NCBI GenBank assembly: GCA_944377365.1
Contig: CALWEQ010000003.1
Span: forward strand, 2,429-66,428
Length of the DNA: 64,000 nt
DNA from: an uncultured Clostridia bacterium
Lineage (GTDB): Bacteria > Bacillota > Clostridia > Christensenellales > UBA1242
Direction of reading: 5' to 3'
The translations under genes and the position numbers were made by a program. Shown here in pieces: positions 37,727-46,624 of this stretch (position 1 is the first letter of the stretch; every line of letters starts with the position of its first letter). A model generated the notes under the pieces. The model was not told the origin of the DNA, searched no databases, and saw only the letters and a list, made by a program, of their open reading frames with translations.

Positions 37727-40126
37727 TTAATAAAAATACTTTTTGTAATCATCGTTTCGATGGTTAATTGATTTTATTGCACGTTTCCTTAAAACCAACC
37801 AAATGGTTAAACCTATCAGTCCTAAAACAACAACACCACCTACAACACCTATTATTATCCACATAGTGTTGTCATTTTGAGGTTCGCCATCGCCCTCAGT
37901 AGCACTTAATGAAATAGAATAAGTTTTGTTTTCATTTGATTTTAATGCTGAAGTTGAAAATGAAAATTCGTGAACTACAATGTCAGCATTCGTTGGATCA
38001 GTAAAAGTTTCATAATCTAGCCTTGAAGTCTCAGTAGCAAAAAAGTTTTTTATCGATTGCGTTATCTTTTCAGTGTCTAATGTGTTTTTGCTAGAAACAT
38101 ACACTTTTATATTGACGTTTTCATTTTTATCAAGCTGTATTGAATTTGTTTGCAATGTTTGGTTGTTTATTTCAACCTTTGATATAAGATTAGAATCATA
38201 ATTAAAGTTTAGGGTGTAAGGATCATAAACGAAAGTGGCTAGAAGCAAGAAAGTTTGATTAAATATCGTTTCATCTTCATCTTCCACTCCAAAATTAATG
38301 GTTATGGAGCTCGTGGTTGAAAGGTCTTCAACATTTTCTGCTAAAGTCCACTTTTGATCGGCATATGTAAGCTCGCCCAAATCATCCTCTTCCAAATAAT
38401 AAAGTTTCCAACTATCAAATGAATATAAGCGATTTGCAACCGCATCTATTGTAAAATTTGTGCCATTTGAAACTTTCCTTTCTATGTTTGTAGTAAGAGA
38501 AGATGAATTGCTGTATCTTATCGATCCGTTCTCGCCAAGATTTATTTGCCCATTGCTGACATTTCCTGCAACCAAGTAAATTGGAAAAGGAACAGCTGAC
38601 AGCCTGAACGAATATCTTCCCTCTGTTGAACTAGAAGAAAGAATTTTTAATTCAAAAGTGCGTTTTTCACCAGTAGTTGTTTCACTTAAACTTATATCAC
38701 CATCTGTTGAAACCATTTCTCCATCTTTTTCTTCAAAAGACTCCAAACCAAGAGACGCCCCATCTTTTAATATTTCCGAAATATCGTAATAGGTGGAATA
38801 AATATCATCTTTAAACTCCAAAGTAAACGTTGCATATTCACCATAAGGCACATCTTCTTGCTCACTATTGCCTTGTGCTTGCAACATTCCGTTGTCATCA
38901 ATTACGCTTTCAAGCGAAAAATCAAAGGATTGAAACGATTGCAAACGAACTTCTTGACCGCTTTGAGTGTTTATAACCAGCCATCGCGATGTAAAATCCC
39001 AAGGCTCTGCACTTTGATTCCAACGGAATGTTACTGATTGACCTTGTGATTCAACAACTGAATAATCGTTAACAAAGAAACTTTCAGTTTTTAAAATAGT
39101 TGGATCTGCAACATTTATTACATAATCTTTGGTTTCTACATTAGAAAAATTGTAAGAACCTACGTAGCCAAAAGCATCAAATGTGCCTGAGAATGCAATC
39201 GAATTTATAGCGCCAGAATTATACATGGAAAGAATATTTCCAATTATTGCACCAATCCTATATTCATAAGTTTCGTTTTGAGCAACCGCCAAATTTATAC
39301 TTACCGCACAATCACTCAATGACCCATCATCTACTTCTCCAACCATACCGCCAACATAAAAGCGTGAATCTAGATCTTTGCCCAAATTTGTGTTAAGCCT
39401 TATGCTTCCAAACACAACTGTTTTTGTAATTTTGACGTTATCTGTTGCACCGACTACTCCACCTAATTTAATTGTGTAAGAATTTGAAAGTTCGGCAGAA
39501 AAGGTTTGATTTGCAATAACACTGATATTTTTTAACTCACCTCCTACAAGACGTCCTGCAAGAGTCCCATATGTAAGTTTTTTTGTAATTTTTTGAGGCG
39601 TAGCGTTTTCATTAGAAACCACCTCGCAATTCTCTATTGTCGTGTTTCTACCATAACCTAAAAGTAAACCGGCAAATATTTCACTTTCAGTGCTATCTGT
39701 ACTTGAAATTAAATAATCTCCCGAAATCTGTAAGTTTTTAATAGTTGCTCCGTCAGTATAACCAAAAAGCCCTTGATAAGCACCATTGATTTGAGGTGTC
39801 TCTTCAAATGTTATAGTGTGACCGTTCCCGTCAAAAGTTCCACTGAAAGAATTTCCTTCTGACCCAATTGGCGACCAATTAGATGAAATCGTAATATCTT
39901 CATTTAACACCAATGTTGCGGATGAGTAATCTTCAATATTTTCAGACAATGTTTGTAAAGAAATACTAGACGACGAACCGTCTTGTGTCACACTTATCAT
40001 ATTCTCTGTTTCTGATACAGCTTGGTAGGTTTCGCCAGAAAAAACTTCCCCACCAATAAGGTTTAATGGAGTTATCGCCAAAAACGCAAACAGAAAAATC
40101 AACAGCAACCCATAAAACTTTTTCAT
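37727..40126 (-). CDS. Large surface protein: signal peptide, GLUG-related N-terminal region, C-terminal TM anchor
   Basis: Signal peptide MKKFYGLLLIFLFAFLAI. WSPIG..FSGTFDGNGHTITF..YQGLFGY matches the module core of the giant gene. C-terminal TM WIIIGVVGGVVVLGLIGLTIWLVL followed by RKR. Confidence 0.8.
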   Translation of the reverse strand: MKKFYGLLLIFLFAFLAITPLNLIGGEVFSGETYQAVSETENMISVTQDGSSSSISLQTLSENIEDYSSATLVLNEDITISSNWSPIGSEGNSFSGTFDGNGHTITFEETPQINGAYQGLFGYTDGATIKNLQISGDYLISSTDSTESEIFAGLLLGYGRNTTIENCEVVSNENATPQKITKKLTYGTLAGRLVGGELKNISVIANQTFSAELSNSYTIKLGGVVGATDNVKITKTVVFGSIRLNTNLGKDLDSRFYVGGMVGEVDDGSLSDCAVSINLAVAQNETYEYRIGAIIGNILSMYNSGAINSIAFSGTFDAFGYVGSYNFSNVETKDYVINVADPTILKTESFFVNDYSVVESQGQSVTFRWNQSAEPWDFTSRWLVINTQSGQEVRLQSFQSFDFSLESVIDDNGMLQAQGNSEQEDVPYGEYATFTLEFKDDIYSTYYDISEILKDGASLGLESFEEKDGEMVSTDGDISLSETTTGEKRTFELKILSSSSTEGRYSFRLSAVPFPIYLVAGNVSNGQINLGENGSIRYSNSSSLTTNIERKVSNGTNFTIDAVANRLYSFDSWKLYYLEEDDLGELTYADQKWTLAENVEDLSTTSSITINFGVEDEDETIFNQTFLLLATFVYDPYTLNFNYDSNLISKVEINNQTLQTNSIQLDKNENVNIKVYVSSKNTLDTEKITQSIKNFFATETSRLDYETFTDPTNADIVVHEFSFSTSALKSNENKTYSISLSATEGDGEPQNDNTMWIIIGVVGGVVVLGLIGLTIWLVLRKRAIKSINHRNDDYKKYFY

Positions 40127-40350
40127 ATATTAACTATGTTAAATTTAACACAATTTATTTATTTTTCCAAATAATTTTTTAATATTGCTAAATTTGTAAA
40201 ATTTTATTTAAACTTTTTTCACATTTTTTGTTCATAATATTGTGCAATCATTTCAATAAAAAAACTTGTTTTTTTCAAAAAATTTATTGTTTTTTAATAA
40301 AATTTAGCATTTTTTTTAATTTTTTTTGCATTTTTTAGTTAATTATTGCT

Positions 40351-41778
40351 TCATTTCCATTTTCTTCTAATCTTTCTTATCAATCTTTCTTTATCAATTT
40401 CTATTGCGCTCTTTTGCCTTGGCTGTAAATGAGCTGAAGGCTTCGACATTAAATAATACCTCAGCTCATCTAATGAGTGATCATCCTTTTTAATTGGTGC
40501 ATCTTCATCACCCCAAAAATAAGATTTAAACTCTTTAATTAAATTTACGCAGTTTTTAAAAATAAAAATATGAGCTTGTCCACTTCCATCTTTTAAGTAT
40601 CTTTTCACAGTAGATATCCCAGAAAACATATCCTTGTTCACTCTCGGGTTAACTAAAATGTTGTTTTCGTAAAACAAATCTACAACACTTTTTTGACTGG
40701 CGAGTGTTCGTTGAGATGCCGCGCTGTCGATGAGAGCAGAGAGCATTCCATTGCTTGCAAAATGCCAATTTAAATTTTGTGCTATTTCCAGAATTTTTTT
40801 GGCATGATATGTTACATCTTTCTTTGCTTCAAAATGTTCTGCAATAACAAAAATATTTCCATCGTAGTCGACTGCATAAAAATGTGCAGACAGCGGATTG
40901 TTTAAACCAGGGTCAATAGAAATGTTGTCATACCATTCACAAGGAACATCAAACGGCTCGATTACATGAACTTTTTCGTCGAATTCTGGATATACCAAAC
41001 CTCCAAAAAAACTAAATTTGCCGAACTTTCTTGATTCAAGCTCGTCTTCTGCCATAGTTTGCGATAGCATCTCAATCTCTGTTTTTGACAAAAAGGGATT
41101 GTCCTCCCACTGCATATGCTCACACCACACCTCAGGCGAGTTATGACAATTTAAGTATATCTCATTGTAAACCCAAGTCATGCCTTTAAGAGGTGTCATA
41201 GTTCCAAAAATATCTCCACACCTGTCTAGCACGCGCATTTGACATTCTCTGTAAATGTCAAAAGGTGGCTCTTCATCAAACCATACAAAATCAAGCGACG
41301 CACCCTGAAATTTTTCTCTGCCCTGATCACAACTTTTAAATCCGATTTTACTAGTACCGCCAAACACATTCTTTATTAATATGAAATCTATTACACCACT
41401 TTCTGGCGAACTTTCGCTACCACTTTGCATAACTATTTTTTCGATCCATTCCGTTTTTAAATAATGCAAAATCTTTTGTTGCGCGACATCTCTTTGAACT
41501 TGACGCGATAAACTTACAACCCAACCCGAAACATTTTTCTTATTTTTTCTATAGGGATGGATTCCTCTTGAAAGATAAACAACTTCAACTGCTCCACATT
41601 CACTTTTGCCACTTCGATTTCCTCCAAAAACCCATCTGTTTCGTTTTTTGCATTTATGAAAAGCTATTTGCTTTTTATGAACTATGTTGCCAGAGTTGTA
41701 GCCTTTCAAATTGGGACTTGGCTGTCTGTTTTCAATTTCTTTACAAACTAGTTTTAACTTTTCTTTAATTTCTGACAT
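40351..41778 (-). CDS. terL: Phage terminase large subunit (orphan)
   Basis: Walker A GGNRSGKSE, Walker B DFVWFDEEP, coupling motif GTMTP, and nuclease acidic motifs ISIDPG, LIDSAAS and KDDHSLDELRY. The likely start is the ATG at 41778 after GGGGGAGAG; the track ORF extends to 41841. Confidence 0.8.
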   Translation of the reverse strand: MSEIKEKLKLVCKEIENRQPSPNLKGYNSGNIVHKKQIAFHKCKKRNRWVFGGNRSGKSECGAVEVVYLSRGIHPYRKNKKNVSGWVVSLSRQVQRDVAQQKILHYLKTEWIEKIVMQSGSESSPESGVIDFILIKNVFGGTSKIGFKSCDQGREKFQGASLDFVWFDEEPPFDIYRECQMRVLDRCGDIFGTMTPLKGMTWVYNEIYLNCHNSPEVWCEHMQWEDNPFLSKTEIEMLSQTMAEDELESRKFGKFSFFGGLVYPEFDEKVHVIEPFDVPCEWYDNISIDPGLNNPLSAHFYAVDYDGNIFVIAEHFEAKKDVTYHAKKILEIAQNLNWHFASNGMLSALIDSAASQRTLASQKSVVDLFYENNILVNPRVNKDMFSGISTVKRYLKDGSGQAHIFIFKNCVNLIKEFKSYFWGDEDAPIKKDDHSLDELRYYLMSKPSAHLQPRQKSAIEIDKERLIRKIRRKWK

Positions 41779-41841
41779 CTCTCCCCCATAAAAGACAAGA
41801 ATATAATTTGCTTGCACAAATTTTAATATTAAAATATTCAC

Positions 41842-42612
41842 ATGAAAATATTGTTTCTTTTTATCGTGTCGTGCTTTATGCTTTTGTCTTCACAACCAAG
41901 CTTTAACAGTTATGCTGATGAAAGTTATTCTTATTACGCAAAGATTTTAGGCAACGCATATTTCTACACGTCACCAGACGAAAAATCAACTTTATTTACC
42001 ATTCCTTCCACCTACTTTGTTTTGTTAATTGGAGAAGATGGAGAATTTTATAAAGCAAAATATTTAGATATTTATGGCTACGTTAAAAAAAGCGATGTAA
42101 CTCCTATGAACGGAACGCCCACTTCACCTTATCCCAACCAGAAATTTAGAAACTATAATGATGGCGGTTTAACCGTCTATTCCTCGCCATCAACGTCTGG
42201 CAATGCTCTTGGCAAACTCGCTTTTGAAGGGCAATATCTGCTTTACGGAACTATGATTGGCGAAGAAATGTTCAGTCAGTCCACAAATGTTTGGTATTAT
42301 TGCAAACTAGATGACGAAACCTCATCCGTTTATGGTTATGTTTTTTCCTACTATTGCGACCTTTTTGACGGTTTTATTGAAAACACAGAATATTTTCCAG
42401 AAATAACAGAAGAATTGATTTTTACTTCAACAACAACCGCTGAACCCCAAGGAGGGTTAAGCGACACCGTTGTAGCAATCATAATACTTTCAGTAAGCAT
42501 CCCTTGTCTTGTTATTTTATATTTGCTTCTCAGTCCATCAAAAAAAGGCAAACTTAAAAAACACCTTGTACGAAAAAAAGATTATTACGAATTTAATGAA
42601 GACGACTTATAA
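41842..42612 (+). CDS. Membrane-anchored protein with two bacterial SH3-like domains
   Basis: Signal peptide, a YAKILGNAYFYTSPD...GEFYKAKYLDIYGYVKKSDV type SH3b unit and a second related unit, and a C-terminal TM VVAIIILSVSIPCLVILYLLL. No SD. Confidence 0.6.
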   Translation: MKILFLFIVSCFMLLSSQPSFNSYADESYSYYAKILGNAYFYTSPDEKSTLFTIPSTYFVLLIGEDGEFYKAKYLDIYGYVKKSDVTPMNGTPTSPYPNQKFRNYNDGGLTVYSSPSTSGNALGKLAFEGQYLLYGTMIGEEMFSQSTNVWYYCKLDDETSSVYGYVFSYYCDLFDGFIENTEYFPEITEELIFTSTTTAEPQGGLSDTVVAIIILSVSIPCLVILYLLLSPSKKGKLKKHLVRKKDYYEFNEDDL

Positions 42613-43122
42613 ACAAATCTTTTCTTTTTGAAAAGGCTGTACACAATTTTTGTCCTCTTTTTCAAATGAAGATTTAACATTTAAAATCCAATCTTCTCCT
42701 GCAAGATAGCTGTCTAATCTTTCCATTGGAAAGCCAAACAAACTGCATCCAGCTTCAAATGCTGCTTCCATCTCATTTATACGCCTAAAATAAGTCCTAC
42801 GTGAAAGAGAAAGTGTAGACAAAATTTCTTCACACGACGCGTTGTCAAAATATTTCATAATCAAGATTTTAGCGCCCTTTTCGTTAATGGTTGAAAGAGC
42901 CTTTTCCACCAGAAGCTTTATGTTTATTAATTTAACTTTTCTTTCTGAAAGATCAATAATTTTGTTTGCCAGCGACAAAGTATTGTGCGTTAAAGCATCA
43001 CTACCTAGCATTGACGAATGTTGAATTGCTTGTTTTTCGATTATGTTGTCAATAGCATCAGCTATTCTTTCTAAATAACGGTAAACCGTAAGCAAGGTTT
43101 TACCCCAAATGTGTTTTTGCAT
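42607..43122 (-). CDS. Small sigma-70 region-4 / ArpU-DUF1492-like phage-type transcriptional regulator
   Basis: HTH block KILIMKYFDNASCEEILSTLSLSRRTYFRRINEMEAAF. SD is AAAGGGGA. Confidence 0.5.
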   Translation of the reverse strand: MQKHIWGKTLLTVYRYLERIADAIDNIIEKQAIQHSSMLGSDALTHNTLSLANKIIDLSERKVKLINIKLLVEKALSTINEKGAKILIMKYFDNASCEEILSTLSLSRRTYFRRINEMEAAFEAGCSLFGFPMERLDSYLAGEDWILNVKSSFEKEDKNCVQPFQKEKICL

Positions 43123-43477
43123 AAAATTCCCCTTTAATTATAATTTTTGCGATAAAAAGTCAGTTACCTAAAATAAGGCAAATTTTGTTGTATTATTTTT
43201 AGCCATATCACTTTGAAGCTTGGTTACTCCGCCAGAAAAATTGGCTTCTGCGCATAAAGCAACTTCTTTTCTGCGTTTTACACAAAAATTATAAAATGAA
43301 GGGTTGTAATAGTCAAATTTTAATGCCACAATTTTTAAACAAATTTCGATTTTTTTACAAATTTGTCGAAAAATGGTGTAGATATGGCAATGTTATGGTG
43401 ATTTTTTGGCGTCAAAAACGCTATAAACAAGACTAATTTTGTAAAAATAATGAATTTAAATTTTTGTAACAAAAGAG

Positions 43478-43506
43478 TTGTAAATTTTTTTTAAGTATGA
43501 TAAAAT
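43478..43506 (+). promoter_or_regulatory. Promoter for tRNA-Leu
   Basis: TTGTAA, 17-nt spacer, TAAAAT, ending 14 nt before the tRNA 5' end. Confidence 0.45.
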
Positions 43507-43520
43507 AACAAAGTGGATGT

Positions 43521-43606
43521 GCCGCTGTGGCGGAATGGCAGACGCGACGGACTCAAAATCCGTTGAGGGCAACTTCATGTGGGTTCGACTCCCACCAGCG
43601 GCACCA
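43521..43606 (+). tRNA. trnL: tRNA-Leu (anticodon CAA), class II with long variable arm and encoded CCA
   Basis: Acceptor GCCGCTG/CAGCGGC. Anticodon arm ACGGA-CTCAAAA-TCCGT. Variable arm TGAGG-GCAA-CTTCA. T arm GTGGG-TTCGACT-CCCAC. 3' ACCA. Confidence 0.95.
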
Positions 43607-43634
43607 GATTAACTTATTGAGCGTATGACATTCC

Positions 43635-43710
43635 GCACTATCTGGGGTCCCCGAAAATGTTAACCATTTTTGGGAAAAAGGAACAAACGAGCGATAGTGC
43701 TTTTTTTTTT
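43635..43710 (+). terminator. Long compound hairpin followed by T10 (terminator-like, or a small structured RNA) in the spacer between the tRNA and its partial copy
   Basis: Outer stem GCACTATC (43635..43642) pairs with GATAGTGC (43693..43700). Inner 10-bp stem is CCCGAAAATG-TTAAC-CATTTTTGGG. T10 at 43701..43710. Confidence 0.45.
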
Positions 43711-43749
43711 GCCGTCAGGCAAACAAGCAAGAGCGAAGTTTGTGACGCA

Positions 43750-43821
43750 GGCAGACGCGACGGACTCAAAATCCGTTGAGGGCAACTTCATGTGGGTTCG
43801 ACTCCCACCAGCGGCACCAGA
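43750..43821 (+). repeat. Exact 72-nt direct repeat of tRNA-Leu positions 43537..43608 (3' part lacking the 5' acceptor/D strand); att-like scar
   Basis: Letter-for-letter identity from GGCAGACGCG to GCACCAGA. Followed by its own weak hairpin and T8 (43822..43846). Confidence 0.9.
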
Positions 43822-43859
43822 CAAAAAAGTCGCAAGGCTTTTTTTTAATTAAAACTTAA

Positions 43860-43892
43860 TGGGAGTCGAACGGGCGGTTAAGAAAAGTTGCC
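43860..43892 (-). repeat. Inverted, diverged fragment related to the tRNA-Leu variable/T-arm region
   Basis: Reverse complement reads GGCAACTT..GTTCGACTCCCA, sharing these two blocks with the tRNA (GGCAACTT..GTTCGACTCCCA). Confidence 0.35.
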
Positions 43893-43997
43893 TGCGAAGT
43901 AGTATCTATGTCATGACGTTGATGTTTGTTGATTTAATATTAGGTATTTGATTGCTTTTAAGTTAAGTTTTTTATATAATTAAATTAGGAATTATTT

Positions 43998-45023
43998 ATG
44001 AAAAAGACAACACCTTCTAAAATCAAATACTGCTTAGCATATGGAAGAAATTTAGACATCAAAAGAATGAAAGAAAGATGCCCTAGTTGCGAACTAATAG
44101 GCAAAACTTTTTTAAAAAACTGGCAGATAGCTTTTAAAAAATACATAACTATAGAGCCAAAGGAAGGAGCAATAACGCCTGTAGGCATTTGGAAAATAAA
44201 TGAAAAAGCAGAAAAGGAACTTGATGACATTGAACATTTTCCTGTTTTGTATAGAAAGGATTACACTTTCATAGAAGTTGATGGCAAACTTGAAAGGGCT
44301 CTTGTTTATTTAATAAATGATAAAAAAGACAAGTACCCTGATAAATTGTATTTAGAAAAACTATTAATTGGATATCACGATTTTGATTTTGATAAAAAAT
44401 ATTTAAAAGAAGCTATAGACAGAATACCTAAAAAGAAAGTTTTTATTATAGCCAAAAATTGTAATGAGAATTATGTTAAAGGGCTTCAAATGGTGGGCGT
44501 TGAGGCGGACGTCGGCATTAAATGTAAAAATATTGATGATTATGATGGATTGCTAATCCCAGGTGGTGGGGATATGCACCCAAAATGGTATAAACAAAAA
44601 AACTTATATTCAACAAACATAGATTTTGAAGCAGACAAAAATGTTTTTAAGCATATAAAAAAATTTATTAAAAAGAAGAAAGCGATTTTAGGGATTTGCC
44701 TTGGTAGTCAATATTTAAACGTCTACTTTGGTGGAACTCTAAAACAACATATTGAAAATCATAAAAATGTAGAGCACAAGGTGTCAACAGATGATCAACT
44801 CTTTATAAAATATTTTGGGAAATCTTTTAAAATAAACTCCCTACACCATCAAGCAATAGATAAACTTGGAAAAAATCTTAAAATATGTGCTGTTTCAAAT
44901 GATGGAATAATTGAAGCTTTTGTTCATGTAAAATATAACATTTTGGCAGTTCAATGGCATCCGGAACTTATTCTTAATAAAAATGGCAAAAAAGTGTTCG
45001 AAATTTTTAAAACTATGTTGTAA
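43998..45023 (+). CDS. Fusion protein: gamma-glutamylcyclotransferase (AIG2/GGACT)-like N-domain plus class-I glutamine amidotransferase / peptidase C26 (PuuD-like) C-domain
   Basis: N-domain: YCLAYGRNLDIKRMKERCP..GIWKI..LDDIEHFPVLYRK. C-domain: LLIPGGGD, nucleophile elbow GICLGSQ, LHHQAI, and VQWHPE. Confidence 0.7.
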   Translation: MKKTTPSKIKYCLAYGRNLDIKRMKERCPSCELIGKTFLKNWQIAFKKYITIEPKEGAITPVGIWKINEKAEKELDDIEHFPVLYRKDYTFIEVDGKLERALVYLINDKKDKYPDKLYLEKLLIGYHDFDFDKKYLKEAIDRIPKKKVFIIAKNCNENYVKGLQMVGVEADVGIKCKNIDDYDGLLIPGGGDMHPKWYKQKNLYSTNIDFEADKNVFKHIKKFIKKKKAILGICLGSQYLNVYFGGTLKQHIENHKNVEHKVSTDDQLFIKYFGKSFKINSLHHQAIDKLGKNLKICAVSNDGIIEAFVHVKYNILAVQWHPELILNKNGKKVFEIFKTML

Positions 45024-45284
45024 TATTTGCTTATAGTTTTTGCTATTAAAAAAACACCCTGTTTTAAAGTCTTTTAATATGTTTATTATTTGTAAGCTTA
45101 ATGCTTGCAAACAAACAATTAATTACTAAAACCGTTTTAATTTTTATGTATAAATATATTATGCTCATTTCTTTCCTTTTTTACTGTAACATTTCATATC
45201 AAATTTTAAATTTTTTTTTTACAATTTTTAAAACATTTTGTTTTCAAAATCATATGTGATATACTTAGCTTAGTTGAGGTAATT

Positions 45285-46118
45285 ATGAAATATAAATTAA
45301 TAGCTGACGCGTCTTGTGATATCCCACAAAATTTGGCAGAAAAATATGATATATCACTTGTGCCTATCGAAGTTAGATTTGGCGAGGAAATTTATCCTCA
45401 AGGTTTAACTAACCAAGAATTTTATAAAAAGATTAATGAAACAGGCTTAATTCCAAAAACAAGCATGCCTAATCAATTTTTGTTTGAAGAAATACTATCA
45501 CCTTATGTAAACAAACCTGACATCCACGTCATTGTTTTGACTATATCCTCTGAAATGACAGCCACTATTCATCAGGTTGAGGGTGCTGTTCAAGCACTTA
45601 AAATGCAAAACGTTACATATCGTCAATCTACTGTAACAACGTGGGCACAAGGCGCGATCTTGATTGAACTTGCAAAATTTATTGAAAAGGATGACGACCT
45701 TTCTCATGTGATTAAAAAACTAGACGAATTAATTAGCAAGGTCAAACTTGTCGCTGTTATCGGTGATTTAAAATATCTTAAAGCCAGTGGTAGACTTTCA
45801 ACTGCAAGCGCAGTTATGGGATCTATGCTTAATGTAAAGCCTATTATTTCGCTCGCTGGTGGTAAAGTGACAAACGAAGCTAAAGTAATGGGCGAAGCTA
45901 AAGCTTTTATGTACATGGTTGCAAAAGCAAGAAATAGAGATAAAACCCTGCCTATTTATTTTGGGCATTCAAATTGTCCAGAAATGATTGACAAAATTTT
46001 GCTTAAATACTCGTCTATGCTCGACATTTCTCCAAAAGGTCAAGTGATTTGTGATATTGGATGTGTTGTAGGTTCACACGTCGGCCCAAATTGCTACGGA
46101 CTTGTTTATTTTGAGTAA
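45285..46118 (+). CDS. DegV family fatty-acid-binding protein
   Basis: KLIADASCDIP...ISLVPIEV...KTSMPN... typical DegV layout. Confidence 0.85.
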   Translation: MKYKLIADASCDIPQNLAEKYDISLVPIEVRFGEEIYPQGLTNQEFYKKINETGLIPKTSMPNQFLFEEILSPYVNKPDIHVIVLTISSEMTATIHQVEGAVQALKMQNVTYRQSTVTTWAQGAILIELAKFIEKDDDLSHVIKKLDELISKVKLVAVIGDLKYLKASGRLSTASAVMGSMLNVKPIISLAGGKVTNEAKVMGEAKAFMYMVAKARNRDKTLPIYFGHSNCPEMIDKILLKYSSMLDISPKGQVICDIGCVVGSHVGPNCYGLVYFE

Positions 46119-46142
46119 CACAAAAAACTTTCTTTGATTTAT

Positions 46143-46179
46143 AAAAAAAACGCATCAATTCTTTTGATGTGTTTTTTTT
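46143..46179 (+). terminator. Intrinsic terminator after degV
   Basis: ACGCATCAA-TTCTT-TTGATGTGT followed by T8. Confidence 0.7.
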
Positions 46180-46410
46180 AATAGGTTAAGCATAAATTTT
46201 TTTATAACCTGATTTTTGGTCTAATTTATGATATCATAAAAATATAAAAAAATATTAAACAGACTAATTAAAAAAAACACTTTGTTATCAATGCCTACCC
46301 CAAACACAACTGTCAAAAAACCAAAAGAAAATTTTGTTTTAACAAATAATGATGCTCTTAGTCTATAAAATTTGATATAAAAGCATTATTAATCATAAAT
46401 AATGCTTTTT

Positions 46411-46623
46411 TTATTTGGACACATACCCTAAACTACGCACTCTGTCAACTTCAAATTCTATAAAAAATTTTATGCCATCATGAGAAATAAATCTTACTCT
46501 TATATCATTTTTTAGATTAAAAAATTCTTTTAAAAGCTTTTTTAATTCGCTTTTTAACAAAATTACAACTTCTTCAGGCACATAATTTTTGTCCATTTGA
46601 AGAATTGAATTTAGTCGATCCAT
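46411..46623 (-). CDS. minE: Short MinE-like topological specificity factor (lacks the N-terminal membrane-targeting segment)
   Basis: Starts 1 nt after the minD stop. MDRLNSILQMDKNYVPEE..LKSELKKLLKEFFNLKNDIRVRF aligns by eye with the clostridial MinE block KERLKLILIHDR..PE..VKGEII.VIS.Y..ID.D.V.VRL. Confidence 0.5.
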   Translation of the reverse strand: MDRLNSILQMDKNYVPEEVVILLKSELKKLLKEFFNLKNDIRVRFISHDGIKFFIEFEVDRVRSLGYVSK

Positions 46624-46624
46624 T

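Noticed and set aside
40127-40350. Looked for a promoter, a leaderless arrangement or a small gene in the AT-rich spacer between terL and the GLUG-related gene.
   Set aside because: The best -10/-35 candidates are weak (4 of 6 matches with wrong spacing) and no ORF has an SD. The region is left unannotated.
43296-43445. 49-aa basic, aromatic-rich ORF in the 400-bp gap upstream of tRNA-Leu.
   Set aside because: It has no SD or promoter signal and its composition is typical of AT-rich non-coding DNA.
43670-43852. Track ORF of 60 aa.
   Set aside because: It reads straight through the duplicated tRNA-Leu fragment and its terminator, so it is an artefact.
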